Assembly: GCA_036557405.1 (NCBI GenBank)
Contig: DATBHO010000089.1
Location: 1,991 to 65,990, forward strand
Origin: Nitrososphaeraceae archaeon
GTDB lineage: Archaea; Thermoproteota; Nitrososphaeria; Nitrososphaerales; Nitrososphaeraceae
Length of the DNA: 64,000 nt
Direction: 5' to 3'
A model generated the notes under the pieces. The model made no database searches. It saw only the letters and a list, made by a program, of their open reading frames with translations, and was not told the origin of the DNA. Below, piece by piece: positions 55,408 to 64,000 of this stretch (positions within the stretch are counted from its first letter, which is position 1; every line of letters starts with the position of its first letter). The position numbers and the translations under genes were made by a program.

Positions 55408-55746
55408 TTAAGTTTCATGCACTGACATAATTTTCTGCAATATGCTTTCTGATGTTGAGGTTAGGATTAATTTTTTCCAACCAAAAGTAAATGCTCTTAT
55501 TTCCTCTAAGGAAGAGGGCAATATATTTACAACTTCCACTGCTTCTTCTTCAGTAAGACCACATTCATTTACCAGCTCTCGAACAAGTTTTTGTGCTTGT
55601 TTTCTGGTTATTTTTGAGAATTTGTTTACATAATCATGAGTCCATCTCTGAATTTGGTCCATCTCATCAACTTTCTTGATTTCCAAAATCTCTTTGACAT
55701 CAGGTAGTGTTATAACTTCCTTTTTTGTGATTTTTGTCAATAGCAA
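55408..55746 (-). CDS. rpoF: DNA-directed RNA polymerase subunit F (Rpo4/Rpb4 homologue)
   Basis: 112-aa helical protein (LTEEEAVEVVNILPSSLEEIRA) in the conserved L21e-rpoF-DUF655-ksgA arrangement. Confidence 0.65.
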   Translation of the reverse strand: MLLTKITKKEVITLPDVKEILEIKKVDEMDQIQRWTHDYVNKFSKITRKQAQKLVRELVNECGLTEEEAVEVVNILPSSLEEIRAFTFGWKKLILTSTSESILQKIMSVHET

Positions 55747-55752
55747 TACCTC

Positions 55753-56076
55753 CTATTTTATAGGCCGAATGTGATTAAATTTAGTTTGCAAGAACTTTTG
55801 TTTATCACCAACCAAAATCCCTACCTTTACAGTTCTTCTTCCGATATCTTTGATATAACCGACTCTTCCTTGGAACCTGCGATGTGGAGTCGTTTTATGC
55901 TCTCTTGGATCAATGACTACTACCACTTTGTCGCCAACTGAATAATTAACGAGCAAATATGAAAGTCCCCTTGACAGTTTACCCTTAGTAAAAATATGTC
56001 TGGATTTCCTTCTAATCCCGTGAGATTTTGGCATGTTGGATCTGATGTTTGTCCATAATTTAATATTATCTGGCAC
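55753..56076 (-). CDS. rpl21e: 50S ribosomal protein L21e
   Basis: PKSHGIRRKSRHIFTK...GDKVVVVIDP...PHRRFQGRVGYI is typical L21e sequence. Confidence 0.9.
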   Translation of the reverse strand: MPDNIKLWTNIRSNMPKSHGIRRKSRHIFTKGKLSRGLSYLLVNYSVGDKVVVVIDPREHKTTPHRRFQGRVGYIKDIGRRTVKVGILVGDKQKFLQTKFNHIRPIK

Positions 56077-56151
56077 TCAAAATTTTATCTTCTGAGGTTT
56101 AACGCTTTATAATTTGAAATCGCGTTCACATTCAAAATTTGCTCTGTTATA

Positions 56152-57129
56152 CTATTTTTGAGGGTCTCCGATTCCTTTTTCATTTACGGTAAATAATACT
56201 TCTCTCTCAGAATGGTATGGACTGTCGACCATTCTAGCTATTCGATTTTTGCCAGCTTTTTTTAGATATATACGATATGTACTAGTGTGTGCCATAACGT
56301 TGCCCCCAGTGGCCTTGTTAGGATCGCCAAAAATTGCATCTGGTGAGGATTGTATCTGGTTAGTTATTACCACTGCTATTTTGCAAGTTTCAGCAATTCT
56401 TAAGAGGATATGTAATAATCTGTTTATTCGCTGCTGTCTTTCTGACAAGAAAGATCTACCTAGAAATTCGGCTCTATAATGCGATACTATGGAATCAACA
56501 ATCATGATTTTTACATTATGCAAATTAATAATATTTGCAGATTCTTGAATAATCACTTCTTGGTGGGAACTATTGTATGCCTTTGCAACAATAATGTTTT
56601 CAAGAGCATGTTTAGAATCAATTTTTCTTGCAGAAGCCATGGATGCAATTCTTTCTGGTCTAAAGGTATTTTCCGTGTCAACATATAGCGCTCTAGATAT
56701 GTTGTATTCATCTTCCTTTTGCTGCACGGTAAGGCAAAGTGTGTGACAAATCTGGGTTTTTCCAGTACCGAATTCGCCATATAGTTCCGTAATTGCCCTC
56801 GTTTCTATTCCACCCCCAAGCAATTCATCTAAATTTTTTGAACCTGTTGTAATACGATATTCTGATTTTCTTTTTTCGTAAAGTTGGTTTGCAGTAATAA
56901 ATGGTTTGTCAAAAACACCGATATCTTCTAATAACTCTCTCGCCCTGTTACAAAGAAATATACATTTTTCCATTGCTATTCCAGTAGCCTCAGCGATATC
57001 TATGGGTCCACGTATGACTAGGTCTTTTATGGATCTAAATCCGGCCTCCTTCAAAGAAGATTTGGTTGCCGGACCAATGTGATCTAAACTATCTATATCA
57101 AATATTCCGTCATTACCTTTGTCCGACAA
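56152..57129 (-). CDS. radA: DNA repair and recombination protein RadA
   Basis: N-terminal HhH domain, Walker A GEFGTGKTQ and Walker B IMIVDS. 325 aa with no intein. Confidence 0.95.
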   Translation of the reverse strand: MSDKGNDGIFDIDSLDHIGPATKSSLKEAGFRSIKDLVIRGPIDIAEATGIAMEKCIFLCNRARELLEDIGVFDKPFITANQLYEKRKSEYRITTGSKNLDELLGGGIETRAITELYGEFGTGKTQICHTLCLTVQQKEDEYNISRALYVDTENTFRPERIASMASARKIDSKHALENIIVAKAYNSSHQEVIIQESANIINLHNVKIMIVDSIVSHYRAEFLGRSFLSERQQRINRLLHILLRIAETCKIAVVITNQIQSSPDAIFGDPNKATGGNVMAHTSTYRIYLKKAGKNRIARMVDSPYHSEREVLFTVNEKGIGDPQK

Positions 57130-57213
57130 TTTTTGTATATCAGATAATACCTTCTAGTTTGGTTTGATTAAATGTTATTGTCAATTGTGTTCTAGCATAA
57201 TTACTGTGCATCT

Positions 57214-58023
57214 TCATTTTTTTGATAGAATTCTCTTCGCCAATTCTATTGTTCCTTCAATAGTATGTACTCCGGATTCTACTGGGGATATATTTCTCGA
57301 AACTAACTCCCTGGTTGTATTGGGTCCTATACTTATCAAAGCATCGACATTTTTAAGATATCCTCTAAAATTCAAAATCATATTATTCATAATGGAGAAG
57401 AAGAAACGAACTGCCGATGGACTTGTAAAAATCAAAACTTGTACTCTGTTGTTCTCGAATTCCTTCGAAAATTCAATCCAAGTTTGATTTAGTGTTTCTA
57501 TCTGTGGAAAGTATATATAAAATTCATCCAAGATTAAACCCATCGAACTCAATCTGTCCTTTAGAAATGAATTTGAGGCACCACTCCTTGGTATCATAAT
57601 TCGACTACCAGGTTTCAGGGACAGTTTTTCTATCAGTTTTAGAATACCATTTGATGAATAATCACTAGGGACCCATTTTACATAGATATCATTGACTTCA
57701 AGTTTTTTTCTTGTTGACGGACCGATTGCAATTACATCAGATTTCTTTAATTGTTCCTGCAGAAGGTGTGTTAGATTATTTTCTCTCACCAGTCTCACAA
57801 AAATTTCTACAGAATTAGGGCTCATGAAGATATAGTATGCGTATTTTTTGGTGGAAATATCGATGAATTTTTTGATAAATTGATGCGAGTCTAGAGGAGT
57901 AAGCTTCGTGGTTGGTAATGAAATTGGTGTACCGCCTTGTTCTTTCACTATTCGCGTAAAGTCACTATTGTTTTTTTCTCCACGTGTTATTGCTATTGTT
58001 TTATTAAAGAAGATTTTACTCAA
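57214..58023 (-). CDS. hemD: uroporphyrinogen-III synthase
   Basis: 269-aa protein with a HemD-like two-lobe pattern (TRGEKNNSDF...; FTSPSAVRFF). Last gene of the tetrapyrrole operon. Confidence 0.7.
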   Translation of the reverse strand: MSKIFFNKTIAITRGEKNNSDFTRIVKEQGGTPISLPTTKLTPLDSHQFIKKFIDISTKKYAYYIFMSPNSVEIFVRLVRENNLTHLLQEQLKKSDVIAIGPSTRKKLEVNDIYVKWVPSDYSSNGILKLIEKLSLKPGSRIMIPRSGASNSFLKDRLSSMGLILDEFYIYFPQIETLNQTWIEFSKEFENNRVQVLIFTSPSAVRFFFSIMNNMILNFRGYLKNVDALISIGPNTTRELVSRNISPVESGVHTIEGTIELAKRILSKK

Positions 58024-58087
58024 TATTATTATGAATTGTACTTATGATAAAAGCAATAGGACAAGTCTTTTTTCATATTGGAATTAT

Positions 58088-58870
58088 TTATCCCTGCGCT
58101 TTATTTGTTGGGAACCATGCACTTTTGTTTCGAACTCCGACTACATTTCCAATAATAATTATTGTGGGAGAATGAAATTTATTCTGTTTGATTTTTTTTT
58201 CAATGTTATTCAAATTCCCCATTATTACTCTTTGTTTAATTAATGTGGCATTTTCAACAATTGCAATTTTAGTATCTTTCGACATTCCCGAGATAATAAG
58301 CCTCCTAATAATGTATCCCAGTTGTTCAAGGCCCATGAAAATCGCTATTGTATCTGCAGCTTTACACACTGATCTCCAATTTATAGACGACCTTTTTTTA
58401 TTTACCGACTCATGTCCTGTCAACATAACTACAGAAGAGGAATATTTCCTGTGTGTTAACGGTATTCCTGCATAAACTGCTGCCCCATTTAGGGAAGACA
58501 CTCCAGGGATTACTTCAAATTTGATATTGTTAGATGATAGAAATTCAGCTTCTTCTCCACCACGTCCAAAAATAAATGGATCACCACCCTTTAATCTCAG
58601 TATTTTCTGACCGTCTTGAGCATACTTTAGCATCAATTCATTTGTAACACCTTGATTGGTACTCGGATCACCAGATTCTCTGCCAACGTATACTTTTTTT
58701 GAATGTTGTCTAGCCATCTTGAGAATTCTTTTGTTTACTAATCTGTCGTAAAGAATAACATCACACTTTGATAATAGCTTGAAGGCCTTCAAGGTTAATA
58801 AATCCGGATCACCTGGACCTGCGCCGCAAATATACACTTTGCCCTTTGGTTTCACTTTTGGTTGTTCCAC
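58088..58870 (-). CDS. cobA: uroporphyrinogen-III C-methyltransferase (SUMT)
   Basis: VYICGAGPGDPDLLTLKA, VLYDRLV, RLKGGDPFIFGRGGEE. Confidence 0.9.
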   Translation of the reverse strand: MEQPKVKPKGKVYICGAGPGDPDLLTLKAFKLLSKCDVILYDRLVNKRILKMARQHSKKVYVGRESGDPSTNQGVTNELMLKYAQDGQKILRLKGGDPFIFGRGGEEAEFLSSNNIKFEVIPGVSSLNGAAVYAGIPLTHRKYSSSVVMLTGHESVNKKRSSINWRSVCKAADTIAIFMGLEQLGYIIRRLIISGMSKDTKIAIVENATLIKQRVIMGNLNNIEKKIKQNKFHSPTIIIIGNVVGVRNKSAWFPTNKAQG

Positions 58871-59808
58871 CTATCTAGTGCATTTCTCCACTCAATAGCA
58901 AAATCTCCTGCCCCCATTACCAGCAAATCATTTGCCACTTCTATTCCAAGTTTGGAAGAGTTTGAAATGGCACCAGATTTTTTTACGCTTATTGATTGCG
59001 AACCATCCGCAGAAAAGACAGACGCATGCAATACTATTTTTTTTGTTCTTAAATTAGGTACTGCTATAGCGCCTACCGGAAATCTGCAACCGGCATTCAG
59101 CTGGTATATCAAGGATCTCTCGGCATTTATGGCATATTTTGTTGGTTTGTCCTCAATCATCTGTAGCATAGTACGCATCTTTTTGTTATCTTTTCTGCAT
59201 ACAATTCCTATCGCCCCTTGTCCTGGAGCAGGAATAAAATCTAGGTAATTAAACCTCTGAACTATTTGGGTATTGAGACCGAGTCTTTTTAACCCAGCTT
59301 CTGCCAGAACTAGAGCGTCAAATGTTCCATTGATACATTTTCTTACACGAGTTTCAACATTACCTCTTATTGGGATCACTTTTACATTTGGGTTCTTCCT
59401 TTTTATTTGAACTGCTCTTCGTAAACTGCTAGTACCGACGCGAGAATTAGCTTTTAATTGTTCAAGGTTTATTCTTGATTTTCCAATCAGAACATCATTT
59501 GGCTTTTCTCGCTTTAATATTGATGCAATTACTAATTCGCTGTCAAGCTCAGTTGGAAGGTCTTTAATACTGTGGACTGCAAAGTCTGCTCTCTCTTCTA
59601 GTACTGCTCTGTCAACTTCCTTTTCAAAAATCCCCTTCTCATCAACTGAAAAAAGTAACTTGTTCTTATTAATATCTCCAAACGATTTTATCTTAATTAT
59701 GTGGCATTTAAGAGACGAATTTATTTTGCATAATCTACGGGTCATAATATTAGTTTGTATCAATGCCAACTTGCTTCCTCGTGTAGCCACTCTATAAGCA
59801 CTATCCAC
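58852..59808 (-). CDS. hemC: hydroxymethylbilane synthase (porphobilinogen deaminase)
   Basis: RVATRGSKLALIQT, IRGNVETR, PAPGQGAIG, and the cofactor Cys in NAGCRFPVGA. Confidence 0.9.
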   Translation of the reverse strand: MDSAYRVATRGSKLALIQTNIMTRRLCKINSSLKCHIIKIKSFGDINKNKLLFSVDEKGIFEKEVDRAVLEERADFAVHSIKDLPTELDSELVIASILKREKPNDVLIGKSRINLEQLKANSRVGTSSLRRAVQIKRKNPNVKVIPIRGNVETRVRKCINGTFDALVLAEAGLKRLGLNTQIVQRFNYLDFIPAPGQGAIGIVCRKDNKKMRTMLQMIEDKPTKYAINAERSLIYQLNAGCRFPVGAIAVPNLRTKKIVLHASVFSADGSQSISVKKSGAISNSSKLGIEVANDLLVMGAGDFAIEWRNALDRWNNQK

Positions 59809-61069
59809 TATACTTCACTTTTCTCAATCCGTTTGCAAATGCTTCAATAGTCTTGTCTATGTCATCGTCATCATGTGAATAGGATATAAAACAAGTCTCA
59901 AATTGAGAAGGAGGAATGAATATTCCAGATTTTAGCATTTCACCGAATAATCTTTTGTAAAGAATCTGATTTGATTGTCTAACATTAGATGCATTTTTTA
60001 TTTGTTCACGTGTAAAGAAAAGTTGGAACATAGATGAGATGTTATTAAACCTGGCGTTTAGTTTCAGATCTCTAATATGATCCTTAATTCCATTTGATAA
60101 AGTATCAGAAAATCGTGAAAGCTTCGGATATAAATCATTCTTTACCTCCCTTAATTTTTCCAAAGTTGCGATTCCAGCACTAACAGAAATTGGATTACCC
60201 GCATATGTACTTCCTTGAAATACAGTTCCTTTAGGGGATAACAATTCAATTATGTCCCTTTTTCCTGCTATAGCTGAAAGCGGAAATCCATTGCCGATTG
60301 ATTTTGCAAGCGTCATAATATCTGGCACAACACCAAAATATTCTGAGGCACCACCTGGTGATAATCTAAATCCAGTAACAACCTCATCAAAAATTAGTAA
60401 GATCCCCTCCCTTTCGGTTATCCTTCTTAATTTGTTCAAGTATTCATCTTCTGGAATTATGAGTCCCATATTGGCCAAAACTGGCTCTATTATTAAGCAT
60501 GCAATGTCCTTGTTCTGTTTTACCAGTTTCTCAAGTGCACTAATATCATTGTACGGTACTAACAATGTTTGTTTCATCGATTCTACCAAATTGCCGTCAC
60601 TAGAAGATGTTGAAGCGCTTGAGCCTGGGTTAACCAAAACATAATCATATGCACCGTGGTAACAGCCATCAAATTTAACAATCTTTTTTTTCCCTGTATA
60701 TGCTCTTGCTAATCTAATGGAATGCATAGTAGCTTCCGAACCAGTATTCATTAGTCTAACCATTTCTATATTAGGTATCAATTCAATTATTAACTCAACC
60801 AATCTGACCTCATTTTCAGTGGGAACACAAAAAATGTTACCCTTGTCTAGCTGTGTTTTTACAGCATTTATAACATCAAGAAATGCATGGCCAAGTATGA
60901 TAGATCCATACCCAAGACAATAATCAATAAGTGTATCGTGATCTCTTGTAATAATTTTTGATCCCTTTCCATAAGAGGCAAAAAAAGGATATGGTTCATA
61001 GAAACGAACAGGACTATTCACACCGCCGGGAATAATTTGTTTTGCTCTATCAAATAGAGTGGATGACAA
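59801..61069 (-). CDS. hemL: glutamate-1-semialdehyde 2,1-aminomutase
   Basis: IPGGVNSPVR, DEVVTGFR, and the PLP lysine region LAKSIGNGFP. Confidence 0.9.
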   Translation of the reverse strand: MSSTLFDRAKQIIPGGVNSPVRFYEPYPFFASYGKGSKIITRDHDTLIDYCLGYGSIILGHAFLDVINAVKTQLDKGNIFCVPTENEVRLVELIIELIPNIEMVRLMNTGSEATMHSIRLARAYTGKKKIVKFDGCYHGAYDYVLVNPGSSASTSSSDGNLVESMKQTLLVPYNDISALEKLVKQNKDIACLIIEPVLANMGLIIPEDEYLNKLRRITEREGILLIFDEVVTGFRLSPGGASEYFGVVPDIMTLAKSIGNGFPLSAIAGKRDIIELLSPKGTVFQGSTYAGNPISVSAGIATLEKLREVKNDLYPKLSRFSDTLSNGIKDHIRDLKLNARFNNISSMFQLFFTREQIKNASNVRQSNQILYKRLFGEMLKSGIFIPPSQFETCFISYSHDDDDIDKTIEAFANGLRKVKYSG

Positions 61070-61109
61070 GCATTGATAACATAATTTTGTAACTGTTATA
61101 ATTGTATCT

Positions 61110-62117
61110 TTACGATCTGTTCAATATCTCTGCAATTTTCTTTGTATGATATGATATTATGATGTCAGCTCCTGCCCTTTTTATACACGTAGTAAACTCC
61201 ATTACTACTTCATCTTCGTTGATCCATCCTTCAAGTGCTGCTGCTTTTATGATAGAATATTCACCCGAGACACTGTATGCACAGACTGGTAATAAGGTAG
61301 TTTGTCTAGTTTTGTAAATTAAATCAAGATAAGGCAAAGCGGGTTTTATCATTACTATATCTGCTCCCTCTTTAATATCCATTATTATCTCATTTAATGC
61401 CTCATTTGTATTATGAAAAGGCATTTGGTAAGATTTCCTATCTCCAAATTCCGGCATGGAGTGGGACGCGTCTCTAAATGGTGTATAAAGATTTGACGAC
61501 AACTTTGCAGAATATCCAATTATTCCTACATTGTAGAAATTACTATGGTCTAATGCATTTCTAATGCTTTTTACTTGGCCATCCATCATTGCAGAAGGAG
61601 CTACAAAATCAGCACCAGCTTCGGCATGACTGGTCGCAATCCTCTGTAGTACCCTTAAACTTTCGTCATTATTTGGAACATTGTTCTTAATAATGCCACA
61701 ATGACCATGAGAAGTATATTGACACAAGCATACGTCGGTGATCGTAACAATTTTTCCGCCAAAATTTTGAATTAATGTCTTAACGGATTTTTGGACAATA
61801 CCATCATTACGATAAGCACTAGTTGCTTTGTCGTTTTTGGTTTTTGGAATTCCGAAAATCAAAAATGTTCTTACTCCCAAATCATATAAGTCTTGAATAT
61901 TTTTGACTAGACCTTCTAAAGGGATTCTAAAGATTCCAGGCATCATTTCTATTTCTTTAGGCTCATCTATTCCTTCCTGAACAAATACAGGATGGACAAG
62001 GTCTTTGACAGACAATCTTGTTTCTTGCAACAAGTTCCTTATGGCTGCTGTCCGTCTTAATCTTCTTAATCTAACTTTTGGAAATCCAGTAAACTCAGAT
62101 TCTTCATTTTGGTTCAT
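61110..62117 (-). CDS. hemB: porphobilinogen synthase (ALA dehydratase)
   Basis: RLRRLR..., PVFV, the Zn site DVCLCQYTSHGHCG, and active-site Lys contexts (MIKPA). Confidence 0.9.
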   Translation of the reverse strand: MNQNEESEFTGFPKVRLRRLRRTAAIRNLLQETRLSVKDLVHPVFVQEGIDEPKEIEMMPGIFRIPLEGLVKNIQDLYDLGVRTFLIFGIPKTKNDKATSAYRNDGIVQKSVKTLIQNFGGKIVTITDVCLCQYTSHGHCGIIKNNVPNNDESLRVLQRIATSHAEAGADFVAPSAMMDGQVKSIRNALDHSNFYNVGIIGYSAKLSSNLYTPFRDASHSMPEFGDRKSYQMPFHNTNEALNEIIMDIKEGADIVMIKPALPYLDLIYKTRQTTLLPVCAYSVSGEYSIIKAAALEGWINEDEVVMEFTTCIKRAGADIIISYHTKKIAEILNRS

Positions 62118-63378
62118 AATTGAAAATCCTTGATACTATATTCAGTACTTCTTCATTTTTTTCTGCGTTGCCAATTTCTTTTCTGAAATTATTCATAGGC
62201 GTCGATAAAATGCCTTCGACTATTGCATATGACAATTGTTCGATTATCTCAAATTCTTTCATTCCTTTGCTGATACCAAGCATCCTAGCAGCTTTTGATA
62301 GTTCTCTGTTTCTCACATCATCTACTATTTTGAATATTGATACCACAAACGGTTCTGCCTTAATTTTTCTAAATAGGAGATCCATGGAGTGCATTCCATT
62401 TTGTATCATTTTTTCTGCCAATCTTATCTCTTCATGTCTACGCTTCAAATTTCTATCTACTATTTCTGCAATTTGATCTATATTGACAAGTTTTATACCT
62501 GATATTGTTGCTATGTTGTCATCTACAGTCCTAGGGTTGGAAAGATCAAATATCATCATTCCGCGATTTTTTTTACTACACTTAAAAATTCTATCGTAAG
62601 TAATTAGATAATATGGTGCCGTTGTAGATACAAAAATGATATCAGTGTTATCGAATTTCTGAAGAGCATCTTCAAATTTCACAGGAGTTCCACCAACGGT
62701 ACTGCAAAATGACTTTGCCCGTTCGAAAGTTCTGCTTGCAACATCAAAGTTCACTTGTCTTTTCCTGAGTGATTTTGCAACAAGTGTTGCCCCCTCCCCA
62801 GTTCCAATCAGAAGAACTTTTTTATTCTGAAAATCATCAAAATATTCTTCTGCTAAATTGACTGCAATTGAGCCAATTGATACACTGCCTTTATTCAAAC
62901 CAGTATTAGTTCTAATTCTGCTACCAACCTTTATTGCGTGTTCAAAGATTATTGGGATAAGAGAATCAACATAACAATTCTGACGAGAATATTCAAATGC
63001 CCTTTTTACCTGACCCAATATTTGATCTTCTCCAACTACTAGTGACTCGAGCCCTGATGTCAATCGTAGAAGATGGTTAATTGCAGCTTTATCTTGATCA
63101 ACTTCAGCAAGTTTAAATGACAAATCTTTTATCCCGGTAATATTTCTCCAAATCTCGAAGATCTTTTCGACATTTATTTTATCTACAGCTAAAAAGATTT
63201 CTACTCGGTTACAAGTCTGTAGAATAACACATTCTCTTATGTCCGGACTGGTCAAGAATATTCTATAAGCAATATCGATATCCTTGAATGTAAATTTCTC
63301 GAGAGTATGAATTGGGGCTTTCTTGTGAGTTATTCTCACATTCAATAGTTTTGCTCCATCTGTACTTACTGTATACAT
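62104..63378 (-). CDS. hemA: glutamyl-tRNA reductase
   Basis: ILQTCNRVEIF catalytic Cys motif, GEDQILGQVK, and the NADPH Rossmann motif LLIGTGEGA. Confidence 0.9.
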   Translation of the reverse strand: MYTVSTDGAKLLNVRITHKKAPIHTLEKFTFKDIDIAYRIFLTSPDIRECVILQTCNRVEIFLAVDKINVEKIFEIWRNITGIKDLSFKLAEVDQDKAAINHLLRLTSGLESLVVGEDQILGQVKRAFEYSRQNCYVDSLIPIIFEHAIKVGSRIRTNTGLNKGSVSIGSIAVNLAEEYFDDFQNKKVLLIGTGEGATLVAKSLRKRQVNFDVASRTFERAKSFCSTVGGTPVKFEDALQKFDNTDIIFVSTTAPYYLITYDRIFKCSKKNRGMMIFDLSNPRTVDDNIATISGIKLVNIDQIAEIVDRNLKRRHEEIRLAEKMIQNGMHSMDLLFRKIKAEPFVVSIFKIVDDVRNRELSKAARMLGISKGMKEFEIIEQLSYAIVEGILSTPMNNFRKEIGNAEKNEEVLNIVSRIFNYEPK

Positions 63379-64000
63379 GTTTTACTCATTTTTTCCCATT
63401 TTTTTAACATATGTAATGCAATCATTTTTGCTTGGTCGAGCTTATTTGATCTTAACAAATATTGGATATTTTTATCTTTTATCAATGAGTATAAAAATTC
63501 TTTTCGCTCTCTCACTGTATCTATTTCTTGTTTCGCCATTTTACGTGCGTATTCCTGTAAAATGATGTTGCTAATATCTGATTCATTGATAATCTTGCGT
63601 AACATCTTTTCCACCTTAATCCTTATTTTTCTAGCCATTATGGGACTTTTTCCAGATGTTGAAATAGCAACTTGTATCAGACCTTCAATATTCACCAACG
63701 ACGTATATGAAAAATCACTTATAATTGGATCGTCAGCGGCATAAACAAAGGAACCTATAGACCTGCCTTTTTCTACTAGCTTCCTGTTTAATTCTTTGTC
63801 ATCCGTCGCTGCCAGAATTAAGAAAATATTATTGAATTCATTAAGAATTGAAACATTATTTATTGTCCTTTTTATTAATCTTAATTTTCCATCGTCACTC
63901 AATTTTTTAAGTTCCTTATTTAGCCTATTAGTTATTACCGTTATTTCGCACCCCTGGTCGAGCAAACCATGCACTTTACGTAAGCCTTCAGTACCCCCTC
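63366..64000 (-). CDS. sirC: precorrin-2 dehydrogenase / sirohydrochlorin ferrochelatase (CysG-N/Met8/SirC type), 5'-truncated by window edge
   Basis: LILAATDDKELNRKL and ISTSGKSPIMARKIR motifs. The frame remains open to base 64000. Confidence 0.8.
   Translation of the reverse strand, partial: GGTEGLRKVHGLLDQGCEITVITNRLNKELKKLSDDGKLRLIKRTINNVSILNEFNNIFLILAATDDKELNRKLVEKGRSIGSFVYAADDPIISDFSYTSLVNIEGLIQVAISTSGKSPIMARKIRIKVEKMLRKIINESDISNIILQEYARKMAKQEIDTVRERKEFLYSLIKDKNIQYLLRSNKLDQAKMIALHMLKKWEKMSKTCIQ

Noticed and set aside
58862-62476. Long antisense ORFs inside hemC (58862-59248), hemL (60252-60644, 60717-60923) and hemA (62120-62476)
   Set aside because: Each lies opposite a gene with unmistakable enzyme motifs. 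Antisense frames free of stops are common opposite AT-rich coding sequence, and the translations are low-complexity (S/I/F/L-rich).
1-64000. Search for mobile elements, CRISPR arrays, rRNA, RNase P/SRP RNA, inteins and prophage-like genes
   Set aside because: I recognised no transposase, integrase, Cas, capsid or terminase motifs. There are no spacer-repeat arrays. The only GC-rich structured islands are the two tRNAs and the short G tract at 31162. RadA, aIF5B and the other usual intein hosts are of normal length.

Overview
AT-rich, densely coding archaeal chromosome segment. It is most consistent with an ammonia-oxidising thaumarchaeon (Nitrososphaerota, Nitrosopumilales-like). Supporting evidence: archaeal/eukaryal-type ribosomal proteins (L7Ae, S28e, L24e, L37e, L40e, L21e, L18-S5-L30-L15), aIF5B, RadA, Cbf5, RpoF, LSm and archease, a stand-alone 4-hydroxybutyryl-CoA dehydratase (the HP/HB carbon-fixation marker), and many small zinc-finger/zinc-ribbon ORFs. 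I call about 87 protein genes and two intron-containing type-II tRNAs (Leu, Ser). I saw no rRNA, CRISPR array, transposase or integrase. Main blocks, in order: pfdA-ftsY, argF/argH, sdhABCD, and hisS/archease/thioredoxin. Next come the L7Ae-S28e-L24e-ndk-aIF5B cluster, glmM, purU, LSm-L37e, and mdh/larB. The L18-S5-L30-L15-secY-adk-cmk-cbf5 cluster follows, then two secreted repeat proteins next to tRNA-Ser and a run of small C2H2 zinc-finger genes around rlmE and L40e. After that: 4-hydroxybutyryl-CoA dehydratase, purine/MTA salvage (apt, MTAP, PfkB kinase), ubiX, Dim2/DUF424, uppS, pyrF, purA, and a patch of lineage-specific hypotheticals. The window ends with MPG glycosylase, a large radical SAM protein, a DRG GTPase, signal peptidase, RNase HI, the ksgA-DUF655-rpoF-L21e cluster, radA, and a tetrapyrrole operon (sirC-hemA-hemB-hemL-hemC-cobA-hemD) that runs off the right edge. 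Nothing here is a demonstrably new multi-gene system. The best leads are: (1) a DRG GTPase whose conserved N-terminus lacks any canonical start codon; (2) a wHTH plus two-unknown-gene cassette inside the salvage neighbourhood; (3) a tRNA-flanked pair of secreted proteins, one sequon-rich and acidic, one an RTX-type beta-roll; (4) classical C2H2 fingers and one eight-ligand cross-brace finger; (5) a tRNA-Leu whose intervening sequence cannot be removed at the canonical position. All functional calls come from motif recognition by eye, and no searches were run.
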